Origin: Candidatus Thorarchaeota archaeon
Lineage (GTDB): Archaea; Asgardarchaeota; Thorarchaeia; Thorarchaeales; Thorarchaeaceae
DNA: 64,000 nt
Direction: 5' to 3'
Assembly (NCBI GenBank): GCA_004524445.1
Contig: SDNP01000008.1
Coordinates: forward strand, 1 to 64,000
Made by a program: the position numbers and the translations under genes. The notes beneath the pieces are model-generated. The model worked only from the letters and a program-made list of their open reading frames with translations, was not told the origin of the DNA and ran no database searches. The number at the start of each line of letters is the position of its first letter. Position 1 is the first letter of the stretch. Positions 19,132 through 28,887 of the stretch are shown one piece after another.

Positions 19132-19782
19132 ATGTGGAATAAACAGGAAGCAATGAATCTGATAGAAGAAACCGCTCTCATTCCTATTATTAGAGTGGAC
19201 TCGAGTGAAACTGCCTTACAAGTTGCAGATGCTTTTCTAGAAGGCGGCGTGTCAATAATCGAAGTAACTTTCAGTGTCCCTGGTGCGGTTGATGTTGTCA
19301 GTGAGCTGTCTGAAAAACTGGGTGATAAAGTACTGATTGGTACAGGAACAGTATTGGATGGTGCAACTGCCCGTCAAGCCATTCTAGCTGGAAGCGAGTT
19401 CATTGTCAGTCCAATTTACTCACGTGATTTGATAGAAACTGCTCGAAGATACTCAAAACCCGTCTTTCCCGGAGCGGTGACTCCAACAGAGATTCTTGAA
19501 GCCTATACTATGGGAGCAGATGCGGTCAAGGTATTCCCATGCGGTAATCTGGGAGGCGCTTCCTATATCAAAGCTGTCAAGGCACCTCTTCCTCAAGTAC
19601 CTGTAATCCCGACTGGAGGAGTTAACATTGACACGGCAGGACCATTATTAGATGCGGGGTCGTTTGCATTAGGTGTTGGGAGTGCAATTACAGATAAGAA
19701 AGCTATTGCAGCCGGCAACTTTGGCAAGATAACTGAAAATGTGAAGGCATTCCTGTCTGTCATTGCTGAACACAAGAAGTAA
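19132..19782 (+). CDS. eda: KDPG/KHG aldolase
   Basis: IEVTF, GTGTVLD, FIVSP, PGAVTPTEI, VKVFP and PTGGV motifs. Confidence 0.92.
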   Translation: MWNKQEAMNLIEETALIPIIRVDSSETALQVADAFLEGGVSIIEVTFSVPGAVDVVSELSEKLGDKVLIGTGTVLDGATARQAILAGSEFIVSPIYSRDLIETARRYSKPVFPGAVTPTEILEAYTMGADAVKVFPCGNLGGASYIKAVKAPLPQVPVIPTGGVNIDTAGPLLDAGSFALGVGSAITDKKAIAAGNFGKITENVKAFLSVIAEHKK

Positions 19783-19783
19783 T

Positions 19784-19827
19784 CCCGTAACTGCGAACGG
19801 GTAGTGCAGGAGTAGAACGCTCCTGCA
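19784..19827. terminator. double hairpin between convergent genes
   Basis: CCCGT-AACTGCGA-ACGGG and TGCAGGAG-TAGAACG-CTCCTGCA. Confidence 0.55.
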
Positions 19828-21456
19828 TTATTTTCCTTCTTTGGCGTCGAGCTCGACTAGTTCGGGTATCAAGCGTGTGCATATCGCGAATAGAGAATTG
19901 AAATCCTCAGCACTCGCTAATTCGATATAATTGGCCGTTTCCGCTATATTTTCTATTCGTTTTCTTTCTTCTGAAGATACCAGGATTCGTTTTGCACCTG
20001 CCCCAGCTGCATTTCCTACTGGTATTACTCTATTGGCGCTTACTGGCGGTAATAGACCAATGCTGAGGGCACTCTCAGGTCGCATGTAATTTCCAAATGC
20101 GCCTGCTAGAAACACGGCATCAATATTAGATGATTTTAGCCCAGCTTTCGAAAGGAGTATTTCTGTTCCTGCTCGGATTGCAGCTTTTGCCAGTTGGACC
20201 TGTCGTACATCGTTCTGAGTCAAAATAATCTCCCTCCGGGCGTTTCTTTCGCCTAGATCGGCCACTCGATATACGCGTCCATGCTTGGGATGTTCTTCTA
20301 CTCGTGGCCCTTCATGAATACGCCCTGTATCATCAATCTGACCTATACTCCGCAATTCAGCAACAATATCTAGGACTCCAGAACCACATATCCCCTCAGG
20401 GGATACATTGCCGATTACGCCAAGATCAGGAGTGCTTTGTGCATCCCTAATATTTGCATATTCTATAGCTCCTTTCTGTGCTCGCATTCCATCCTTGATC
20501 CTTGCACCTTCAAATGCAGGCCCGGCTGCCGCCGAACAGCAGAATATCTCACCATGCTTTGAAAGAATCATCTCGCCATTTGTGCCAACATCTATACCCA
20601 AGGAAACACCCGAATAGTCCTCCATTCGTCGGGATAACATGAACGCAAGCGCATCACCTCCAACAAAGCCTGCTACAACAGGAGAGAAATATATAGATAC
20701 ATTAAGAAATCGAGTCAATCCGATTTCAGTGCCCCTGACTAACGTTGATTCCTTCTTATGGGGAGTGTAAGGCGCCATGGCAAGCGGTTGGACTTCATAG
20801 CCAAGTGCAAAATGTTGCATTGCCGTATTTCCAACGACAGATCCAGCCGTGATATTTCGGGGGTCAATGCCCTTCTCATCAAGAAAGGAATCAATAAGTT
20901 CTTCCACTTTACTCCAAATCTGTTCTTGCAATTCAGTTGAGCCTTCTGGATTCTCGATGGCATAGCTTAGGCGACTCATTACATCCTCGCCATGGACGAT
21001 TTGTGGGTTAATTGCACTCTTTTGACCAAGCTGTATGCCTGTGCCCATATTCATGAAGTAGCATACTATAGTTGTAGTACCGATGTCTATAGCCACACCT
21101 ACGTCATTTGTATCACCCAAATCAGCAACCAAACGTTCAGACATAAGAGAATCCGTGAGAATTTGTGCACCCATGTCTTGACTAGGAATTCCTACTCGTT
21201 TGGCATTTCCAACCTGATGCTGACATGCTAGTCGCGTTCCATCCCTAATTTCAGATATACTAAGCTGCTCCAAATCAGCAGTGCTCGGGTCGGGTATGGG
21301 CTTCACTACAACTTTACATTTGCCACAGGTTCCACGTCCTCCGCAGTCCGAGGGCACATAGTGACCAGCTTCTCGAATTGCATCCAATATGGTTTGACTG
21401 GTATCGACAACTATTCTTATACCCGAAGGCTCTAGGATTAGTTCCGTGTCAACCAA
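19828..21456 (-). CDS. ATP-dependent reductive activator of corrinoid proteins (RACo/RACE, ASKHA with N-terminal 2Fe-2S)
   Basis: CGGRGTCGKC...RLACQ; DIGTTT, DVGTNGE, AAGPAFEG, GICGSG and LAGAFG motifs. Confidence 0.92.
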   Translation of the reverse strand: MVDTELILEPSGIRIVVDTSQTILDAIREAGHYVPSDCGGRGTCGKCKVVVKPIPDPSTADLEQLSISEIRDGTRLACQHQVGNAKRVGIPSQDMGAQILTDSLMSERLVADLGDTNDVGVAIDIGTTTIVCYFMNMGTGIQLGQKSAINPQIVHGEDVMSRLSYAIENPEGSTELQEQIWSKVEELIDSFLDEKGIDPRNITAGSVVGNTAMQHFALGYEVQPLAMAPYTPHKKESTLVRGTEIGLTRFLNVSIYFSPVVAGFVGGDALAFMLSRRMEDYSGVSLGIDVGTNGEMILSKHGEIFCCSAAAGPAFEGARIKDGMRAQKGAIEYANIRDAQSTPDLGVIGNVSPEGICGSGVLDIVAELRSIGQIDDTGRIHEGPRVEEHPKHGRVYRVADLGERNARREIILTQNDVRQVQLAKAAIRAGTEILLSKAGLKSSNIDAVFLAGAFGNYMRPESALSIGLLPPVSANRVIPVGNAAGAGAKRILVSSEERKRIENIAETANYIELASAEDFNSLFAICTRLIPELVELDAKEGK

Positions 21457-21505
21457 TGATATCTCTCTCCCAATATCCAGACAGTCTTAACACTGATTGC
21501 TCCAT

Positions 21506-22516
21506 CTAGATAAATACTGTTTCAACAAGGGAAGCCAAGTTTTCCGTAGGTGTTTCTATGGGACAATCACATCCGCTGCTCAGGATATATCCGCCGCCCT
21601 TTGCAGCGTTTCTTACGCAGTTCAATGCTGCTTCTCTAACCTGGTCAGCATCACCCTTCAGAAGGAGTGTTGTATCTACATTACCAATAAGAGCAGAGTT
21701 GTTTTCTGCAATTTTCTTGGCAGCCTCCAAGTCCACTGCAGAATCTATGCTCAGAGCGTCGGCATTTGTATCCGTCATTGCTTGAATTATTCTATTAGTA
21801 TCTCCACAAATATGCAGTGTCGCGTATGCACCTTCAGAATGGATAATGTCATTCATGTTTTTTAGATGTGGGGCTGAAAACCTCTTGAAATATCTAGGAG
21901 ATATTATGCTATTGCTTGCACTAGGTTCCAACACTGCTATATTATGTGAGCCTGTAGCAAGTAGCTCTCTCAGGTAGGGCTCCAATATTTTTACACAGCT
22001 TTCAACCGCGTTATCTACCCCATCTGGGTTTTCGAATGTTTCCGTCAAGAGCTTCTCTACACCCAACAAATGCCCAGCTAGAGTGAATGGTCCAATAATG
22101 TAACTACTCACAAGGTGTGTACTGCCAATGTCAGAATAGAGCTTCTTGCTGCTTTCAACAAACACTCCTAATCTTGTATTGGAGATCGGGGGCAGTTCTA
22201 AACTATTCAGATCATCTGTTGAATCATAAGGATGTTTCTTTACATATGGAAATGTTTGATTCTCAAATATGACCTCGGCCCCAAGTACTTCAGCCTCGAC
22301 AGTCAAATCCATGACATTGAAAACCCCATCATATCCATGTTTCTCTCGAGCCTTGAGCAAGGCTTGGCTTTGTTTTGAAGGGTCATGCAACATTTCAGAG
22401 AGTGATACGTTTCCTATCTTTGAAGCAAATAGACCAACCAGAGGTAGGACTGGAAGTCTCTCCGGTTCCTCAAATGCAAGGGCTTTACGAATTAATTCCA
22501 GTGATGTAGATGTCAT
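21506..22516 (-). CDS. MtaA/MtbA-like methylcobamide methyltransferase (UroD fold)
   Basis: DLTVEAEVLG, GPFTLA, Zn motif LHICG...SSGC. Confidence 0.88.
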   Translation of the reverse strand: MTSTSLELIRKALAFEEPERLPVLPLVGLFASKIGNVSLSEMLHDPSKQSQALLKAREKHGYDGVFNVMDLTVEAEVLGAEVIFENQTFPYVKKHPYDSTDDLNSLELPPISNTRLGVFVESSKKLYSDIGSTHLVSSYIIGPFTLAGHLLGVEKLLTETFENPDGVDNAVESCVKILEPYLRELLATGSHNIAVLEPSASNSIISPRYFKRFSAPHLKNMNDIIHSEGAYATLHICGDTNRIIQAMTDTNADALSIDSAVDLEAAKKIAENNSALIGNVDTTLLLKGDADQVREAALNCVRNAAKGGGYILSSGCDCPIETPTENLASLVETVFI

Positions 22517-22623
22517 TGCGTTATCCTTACCAAACCGAGCACTTTATTATTGGTTTAATTTGGCTTTAATACCGGCAGCAAGTGGACACCTGATAAAGGT
22601 GCGCATTAAGAGGAACATGGACA

Positions 22624-23259
22624 ATGGCAGCTGAAGCGGACATGCATGGACTAATCGAGGCAATTGTAGAGGGAAACAGGGAGGCAACTACTATAGAGGC
22701 TGAAAAGGCATTAGAATCGGGAATTCCCCCCTTTAGCATTGTGATTGATGGCTGTAGCAAGGCCATGTCAGAGGTTGGTGACCTATATCAAAATGGTGAA
22801 TATTTCATTCCTGAGATGCTGATGTCAGCAAAGGCATTTGAGGCTGCAATGGCCGTTATTAAACCTAAATTAAAGGATGCGGATATTGATGCGAAGGGCA
22901 CTATTGTTATCGGAACATGCAAGGGGGATATTCATTCTCTCGGAAAGAATCTGGTAGCATCTATGCTTGATGCCGCAGGGTTCAATGTTATAGATCTGGG
23001 AGAAGACGTACCACTGGAGAATTTCGGTGACACAGCTCTGAAGCAAGAAGCAGACATAGTTGCAGTTTCTGCTCTCATGACTACCTCTATGGATTCCATG
23101 AAGAAGGTAATCGAAGATATCCATGAAAGAAAAATCCCTGTGAAGACTCTGGTCGGCGGTGGCCCAATCACTCCAGAGTTTGCTGATTCCATAAGAGCAG
23201 ATGGATACGCAAAAGATGCCCAAGATGCCGTACGAATCGCGGCTATCCTGGCAAAATAA
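22624..23259 (+). CDS. corrinoid (B12-binding) protein, MtaC/MttC-like
   Basis: Cap domain EYFIPE; GDIHSLGKNLV (DxHxxG); SALMTTSM; VGGGP. Confidence 0.93.
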   Translation: MAAEADMHGLIEAIVEGNREATTIEAEKALESGIPPFSIVIDGCSKAMSEVGDLYQNGEYFIPEMLMSAKAFEAAMAVIKPKLKDADIDAKGTIVIGTCKGDIHSLGKNLVASMLDAAGFNVIDLGEDVPLENFGDTALKQEADIVAVSALMTTSMDSMKKVIEDIHERKIPVKTLVGGGPITPEFADSIRADGYAKDAQDAVRIAAILAK

Positions 23260-23302
23260 GTACTAACAGTAGAATTAGTTATTGAAGACATATTCTATAG
23301 CA

Positions 23303-23722
23303 TTAGCTCTCTAACAAACGCTGAATTACCATGTCGTACTCTGCATACCTTCTGAGGCCGGGGATGTTTCCCGCTGGTTTTCCATTTTTGAATATCACTA
23401 CCATTGGAACCGACTGAACACCAAATTGGGCGGTTGTACGCGGGTTTCGGTCTATATCGATCTTAGCGAAGAATACATCCCTCTTGTAGTCTTGTGCCAA
23501 CTGCTGTAATATAGGAGCAAGTGCTTTGCATGGATTACACCATGTTCCAAAGAAGTCAACCATCGCGGTTTTTGTTTTTTGGACAGTTTCCCAAAAATTT
23601 GAATCGGTCAGCAAGTTCACGCTACCATTAGCTAGTGGCTCCCTGACTACTGGTTCTTTAGCCATCTGTCTGAGACGTTCAATTTTACGACGTCTAATCT
23701 CCGCCAAATCATCATCACTCAA
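23303..23722 (-). CDS. trxA: thioredoxin
   Basis: WCNPC active site; VQSVP; archaeal-type N-terminal DDLAEIRRRK helix. Confidence 0.9.
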   Translation of the reverse strand: MSDDDLAEIRRRKIERLRQMAKEPVVREPLANGSVNLLTDSNFWETVQKTKTAMVDFFGTWCNPCKALAPILQQLAQDYKRDVFFAKIDIDRNPRTTAQFGVQSVPMVVIFKNGKPAGNIPGLRRYAEYDMVIQRLLES

Positions 23723-23870
23723 ATTTGAAAACCTCTTTCGCTTGTGCGCTTCTTATGAACAACCGTATATCAACTCTTCGATTAGTGAAAAACTATTGGC
23801 ACGATGTTCAAATGAATCGGTTTAATACACCCTCCATATGTGCCCCACACGACATTGGAGTCTGAACATC

Positions 23871-24788
23871 ATGGGCAATAGGAATCTGAAATATTACGGT
23901 GGCCTCATGATAGCCATGGTTGCATGGGGAGGCTCATGGGTTTCGGCCAAAGTTGTTGTAGATATCGCACCTCCAATGACCATTGGATTTTTTAGGTTTC
24001 TCATTGCCGCCTTTCTATTCGTCGTCACGTTAAAGATATCTCAGGGATCCGTTCAAAATCTGTTGAACAGACAAAATATCAAGGCATTCCTGCTACTAGG
24101 AACCACAGGCATTTTCGGTTATGGAGTCTTGTTTCTGACAGGGATGAGGTTCACAACAGCGGCTCAAGGGTCCATAATAGCGGGTTTCAATCCAGTCACC
24201 ACAAGCATTTTTGCGGCTATAATTCATAAAGAAAAGCTTGTTAGAAAATGGCAATACGTCGGTTTCGCTCTCAGTTTTGCAGGAGTAATTTTTGTCGTTG
24301 GAGTGCAATCCTTGCTGGATTTTCGTCTTGACTACCTTATTGGCAATTTGATTATTCTTGGAGGCATGATACTATGGGGTCTGTATTCCTCAATCGGAAA
24401 AGAAACGATGAAGAAAATCTCACCCTTAGAGGCCAATGCAGGTGGCACTATTGTTGGTGCCCTATTGTTCGGAACAGCCATGATATTTGAAAAACCATGG
24501 AATCTATCATCATTTACAAATGTCCTATTCTGGAGCAATGTAGCATATCTTGGTGTAGCAGTCACCTTCGTTGGATTCCTGCTGTACTTCATATCTGTCA
24601 AGGAAATTGGAGCAACGCAATCAGGGGGCTTCATTAATTTCGTTCCAGTATTTGGCACTCTATTTTCGCTGCTTCTGCTTCAAGAACCGTTCTATTGGAC
24701 CTTTTTGGTCGGACTATTGTTGGTGATTTCAGGAGTTGGCATTATCAACTTCTCACCTCCCAAATCCTCAAAACAAAGAAATCCGTAA
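23871..24788 (+). CDS. DMT/EamA-family transporter
   Basis: WGGSW, FFRF, about 10 TM in two EamA halves; likely start 23871. Confidence 0.9.
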   Translation: MGNRNLKYYGGLMIAMVAWGGSWVSAKVVVDIAPPMTIGFFRFLIAAFLFVVTLKISQGSVQNLLNRQNIKAFLLLGTTGIFGYGVLFLTGMRFTTAAQGSIIAGFNPVTTSIFAAIIHKEKLVRKWQYVGFALSFAGVIFVVGVQSLLDFRLDYLIGNLIILGGMILWGLYSSIGKETMKKISPLEANAGGTIVGALLFGTAMIFEKPWNLSSFTNVLFWSNVAYLGVAVTFVGFLLYFISVKEIGATQSGGFINFVPVFGTLFSLLLLQEPFYWTFLVGLLLVISGVGIINFSPPKSSKQRNP

Positions 24789-24843
24789 AAAGTAAAAAGG
24801 TGGAATTCAAGCATGAGGATAGAAATAGTTCAGTCTATTCTAA

Positions 24844-26280
24844 ATGGTGAAGAGATTGTCCGAAGAGAACACTGTAATCGACACAATATTAGATAGACCT
24901 AGAGCGTTGCGTTTTATCGGTCTCACACAAATGTTGTTCGGGCTGTTTGGGCTTCTAGGGTCTATTGGGTTGATTGTTGCAGCATGGCAAGAACAGCCCC
25001 AGCTTGCAGATATGGGCTATGTATATGCAATTCTACTCTTTCTCGGTGTAGCAGTACCCTGTCTAGTTATCGGAAATTACGTTGATGATCTCAGAAGAAG
25101 TGCGGTCATTGCTCAAATTTTCTATAGTCTAGCTTCGGGACTAATTGCAGGCTGGTTTCTCTGGGAATTTGGTTTGGCTTACCAGTGGACATTTCCTTGG
25201 TTTGACTTTTCATTTGATGTTTACATTGGAAACCTAGCTGCAGGAATACTAGCCATTGAATCGATTTTTGCTCTATATTTGATAGCTAGGTGGAAAACAG
25301 TTGCACCACCTAGTGATATGAGAATCGAACGAGATAAGACAAAGGCAGAACTCATTGAACGCGGTACGATTCCGTCACCAATGGAAACAAGACTTGTGGG
25401 CCCAGATGGCAAAACTCTCCTCTCGGAAGAAGATGGTAGGCATATTTTGAATGTTCGAAGAGTTGAAACTGAAGAAGGCATGGCCATCCTCTGCTCAAAC
25501 TGTGGTGGAGCAACACCGATTGAGGAAATTCAACAGGATAATACTGTAAAGTGCAATTATTGTGGAGTTCAGCTTGGAGTTGCAAGTGTCTTTGTGCCTT
25601 GCGAAAATCATCCCAACTTGCTCGCCGCAACAAAGTGTGCTGTCTGTGGCGACTACTATTGTCGAGAATGCCTGACCGCACAAGAACCGCCTGTTGACGA
25701 GAAATGGGAGGGTTCTATGGTATTCCTCTGTAAGAAATGCTTTGAAGGACGCTATCGCCCAGCCGTCACAACAACCTCTTTGGTTATCCCCATTGACCAG
25801 CTCTTCGGTCAAGCAAGTGGTCGCTTTTCCAAAATAGGTAGGATGTATGCCAGTTTCTTGAAAAAATATGCATCAGCAATGAAATGGGTGCTATATTGGG
25901 GTCTCCGCTTTGCCGCACAATTGGGAAAGTCAGGTGGTAAGCGGGGGGGAGGAAAAAGCGACGACGCGGCAGCTTTCTTGTTGGTGCTCATCATTATCGT
26001 AGTCGCAGTACCGGTTGTGGTTGCTTTGCTGATGCTCCTCGGAGGAATTATCATTATACCTCTCCTCTTTTATGCTGGATTAATTGGGATTACGATTGAA
26101 GCAGTCAAAATAATCAGGCACACCGATTTCATTTCACTGAATAAGGCAAGAGAAGAAGGCATCCGCCTTGGTAAACCTGCTGAGAAGAAGGAATCTGTTC
26201 TTAGAAACGATTCTAGGAGCTGGGTTAACAGAAGCCGCGAGAAAGAAAATGCTCCTGCGGAGGGCTTTTTCAGGACGTGA
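24844..26280 (+). CDS. membrane protein with zinc ribbon and B-box-like zinc finger
   Basis: 4 N-terminal TM; CSNC..CNYC; CENH...CAVC...CRECL...CKKC; long C-terminal hydrophobic segment. Confidence 0.75.
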   Translation: MVKRLSEENTVIDTILDRPRALRFIGLTQMLFGLFGLLGSIGLIVAAWQEQPQLADMGYVYAILLFLGVAVPCLVIGNYVDDLRRSAVIAQIFYSLASGLIAGWFLWEFGLAYQWTFPWFDFSFDVYIGNLAAGILAIESIFALYLIARWKTVAPPSDMRIERDKTKAELIERGTIPSPMETRLVGPDGKTLLSEEDGRHILNVRRVETEEGMAILCSNCGGATPIEEIQQDNTVKCNYCGVQLGVASVFVPCENHPNLLAATKCAVCGDYYCRECLTAQEPPVDEKWEGSMVFLCKKCFEGRYRPAVTTTSLVIPIDQLFGQASGRFSKIGRMYASFLKKYASAMKWVLYWGLRFAAQLGKSGGKRGGGKSDDAAAFLLVLIIIVVAVPVVVALLMLLGGIIIIPLLFYAGLIGITIEAVKIIRHTDFISLNKAREEGIRLGKPAEKKESVLRNDSRSWVNRSREKENAPAEGFFRT

Positions 26281-26284
26281 TATC

Positions 26285-27118
26285 ATGCAGGAATATGTAA
26301 TGTGCCCTGTTTGCGGAGGAAGGGTTGGGTTTTCTAGCAGGGATCAGGTAAGTCGATGCTCATATTGTAATAGTCCCGTTTTGGGGGCAGATCAAGATAG
26401 AAATTGTATTAATCATCCAGATAGATTGGCAAAAGGTGTTTGTCATGTCTGTGGAGATTTGGTCTGTGAAGACTGCCTGCAAAGACGCGTTGCAGATTAT
26501 GGCGGCAAACTCTTCACAATTATCAACTGCTTCAAAGATGAGTGTAGGCGTCAGAGCAGCTGGGCCCAGCCTCTGAATCCGGAGTATCAGCAACTTACCA
26601 ATATGGATTGGGCTGATTCAATCGATAACAAAATCCTGCGGATTACTGGGTTGGGTTCTGTCCTAATGATGGTCTTTGAATTAATATTCATCTTGACCAT
26701 GCTATATATACAATACCTCACTCCTTGGGGTCTCGCGGATCCCCCAAATATACCATATTGGTTCGTGAGGGGAGACCAACTCCTGGTCATGATGATTTTG
26801 GGAAATTTCATTTCGGCCCTACTGCTTCAAACTGCGCTTCAAGTTTATGTACATGAGAAGCAATTGGGTGCAGGGTTTGTGCTTTTTGTTCTCTTAATCT
26901 TAGAGGCGGCATTTCTTGTCTATCGAGGTCTCCATTTCAATTTGCTAAATTATCCAGTGAGAGAATACCCGTTGGCATTACTAGTTGCATTCAGCCTAGG
27001 TGCACTGATGATTCTCATTGGGTCAATCCTATCTATCCAAACCGGATTCAAGAAACGGAGACAAATCAAGCATGCAAGGAAGGAATTAGGATTGACTGCC
27101 GAAGGTGACACATGGTAG
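26285..27118 (+). CDS. membrane protein with N-terminal zinc ribbon and B-box-like zinc finger
   Basis: CPVC..CSYC; CINH...CHVC...CEDCL...C...C; then about 4 TM; likely start ATG 26285, 4 nt after the previous stop. Confidence 0.75.
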   Translation: MQEYVMCPVCGGRVGFSSRDQVSRCSYCNSPVLGADQDRNCINHPDRLAKGVCHVCGDLVCEDCLQRRVADYGGKLFTIINCFKDECRRQSSWAQPLNPEYQQLTNMDWADSIDNKILRITGLGSVLMMVFELIFILTMLYIQYLTPWGLADPPNIPYWFVRGDQLLVMMILGNFISALLLQTALQVYVHEKQLGAGFVLFVLLILEAAFLVYRGLHFNLLNYPVREYPLALLVAFSLGALMILIGSILSIQTGFKKRRQIKHARKELGLTAEGDTW

Positions 27119-27135
27119 AAGGCAGACCCCTTGTC

Positions 27136-28887
27136 CTACTGATAGTCGGCAGTGTCAAAAAGGTCTATGATTCGGAATTTCTCAACATCGACTAGTCCCT
27201 TATCAGTGATTTTGAGGTGGGGAATAACAGGCAAGGAAAGAAACGCCATTGCCATGAATGGCTCCTCAAGGCTGCAACCGATATGTGCTGCTTTCTCACG
27301 AAGTTCTATCAGTTTCTTACTGACCTCTTCAACCGGTTTGTCAGACATGAGTCCGGCTATGGGCAATGGTAACGATGAAAGAACTTTGCCATCTGCCACC
27401 ACAGAGAGACCTCCCTGCATTCTCACTATCTGAACAGCTGCCTCAATCATGTCGTGGTCATTGGTGCCGACAACCACAATGTTATGCGAGTCATGGGCAA
27501 TAGAGGATACCATAGCCCCCTCTTTCAACCCGAAGCCCTTGACGAAACCGATACCTCTTGGAATGGTAGCATTATGCCGTTCAATGATGGCAACCTTAGC
27601 AATGTCTTCATCCATATCAGGAATCGCAAAGCCGTCTTGCTCATGAACTTCTTCAACAAGGTGATCTGTTACAATTTGGTCAGGAATGTGACCAATCACA
27701 TTCATTTGTTCCCCTCTGGCCTTAATTTGCAAGTCTTCAGGTTCCAACCAATGTATATTTACAGATCTTCTTAATTGAGGTTGCTGCTCGACACCGAACT
27801 CTTGCACCAGCTCCCCATTCTTAGCCACGAGGGTTCCCTCTTTGAAGACCATTTCAACGCCTATGTTTTCAAGTGAGTCCAAGACTACCACATCTGCATG
27901 GAACCCAGGAGCCACTGCCCCAATATATTGCAGACCATAGTGTCTGGCAGTGGAATATGATGCAACTCTAATGGCTGAAATAGGGTCAACCCCAAGCTCA
28001 ATGGCCGTTCGAACCATACTATCGATATGCCCCTTGGATATCAAATCCAATGTATTTCTATCATCGGTCACAAAACTGCAAAACAAATCAGTGCTCGGCG
28101 TAATTAGGTCGGCTAATGAGGTCAAGTTCTTTGCAGTAGAGCCTTCACGGATATGAATGTGCATGCCTGCTGATAGCTTCTCTTTTGCCTCCTCTAGTGT
28201 GGTCGCTTCATGCTCGGATGTTATTCGTGCTGCTGCATACGCCATGAGGTCATTTCCTGATAGACCTGGCGCGTGACCATCAATTCGCTTGCCCATAGAT
28301 AATGCAATTTTGATTTTGGATAGAATCTCAGGGTCTCTGAAAATCACTCCTCTATAATTCATAGCTTCAGCAAGACCCAGAACATAGTCCTCTGTCATTA
28401 GAGGCTTGATATCGAGAAAATCAAGCGTGACACCATTTGTTTCCAGGTCCGTTGAGGGCACACATGAGGGTAGCATGATGTAGAAGTCAAGTGGGCCGCC
28501 TCTCATTGACTTTGACATATACATTATGCCTTCCATGCCAAGAACGTTTGCAATCTCATGTGGATCTGCAACAACTGCACTTGTGCCATGAGGGACAACC
28601 GCACGGGCATATTGAATAGGCATAACCAACGAAGACTCGACATGAACGTGCCCATCAATAAACGCTGGTGCGATGTACTTGCCTTCTAAATCATAGACTA
28701 TCTTTCCAACGTATTCGCCAACGCCAGCTACAAAACCTTGATGTATGGCGACATCTCCGGACTCTATCTCACCGTTGAATACATTCACTACTGATGCATT
28801 CTTCAGTACCAAATCTGCTCTTGTCCGGCCAGAGGCAACATCAATCATCTGGTCAACGGGATATTCTTTTGCTCGTCCAAGGAACAT
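27136..28887 (-). CDS. ade: adenine deaminase
   Basis: IDGHVHVESS, DPHEIANVLG, DGHAPG, REGS and AHDSHN motifs. Confidence 0.95.
   Translation of the reverse strand: MFLGRAKEYPVDQMIDVASGRTRADLVLKNASVVNVFNGEIESGDVAIHQGFVAGVGEYVGKIVYDLEGKYIAPAFIDGHVHVESSLVMPIQYARAVVPHGTSAVVADPHEIANVLGMEGIMYMSKSMRGGPLDFYIMLPSCVPSTDLETNGVTLDFLDIKPLMTEDYVLGLAEAMNYRGVIFRDPEILSKIKIALSMGKRIDGHAPGLSGNDLMAYAAARITSEHEATTLEEAKEKLSAGMHIHIREGSTAKNLTSLADLITPSTDLFCSFVTDDRNTLDLISKGHIDSMVRTAIELGVDPISAIRVASYSTARHYGLQYIGAVAPGFHADVVVLDSLENIGVEMVFKEGTLVAKNGELVQEFGVEQQPQLRRSVNIHWLEPEDLQIKARGEQMNVIGHIPDQIVTDHLVEEVHEQDGFAIPDMDEDIAKVAIIERHNATIPRGIGFVKGFGLKEGAMVSSIAHDSHNIVVVGTNDHDMIEAAVQIVRMQGGLSVVADGKVLSSLPLPIAGLMSDKPVEEVSKKLIELREKAAHIGCSLEEPFMAMAFLSLPVIPHLKITDKGLVDVEKFRIIDLFDTADYQ

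Noticed and set aside
26168-26284. 113-nt overlap between the two B-box-like genes given by the ORF track
   Set aside because: ATG at 26285, 4 nt after the upstream stop, is the more plausible start; similar over-extended starts were trimmed for several other genes
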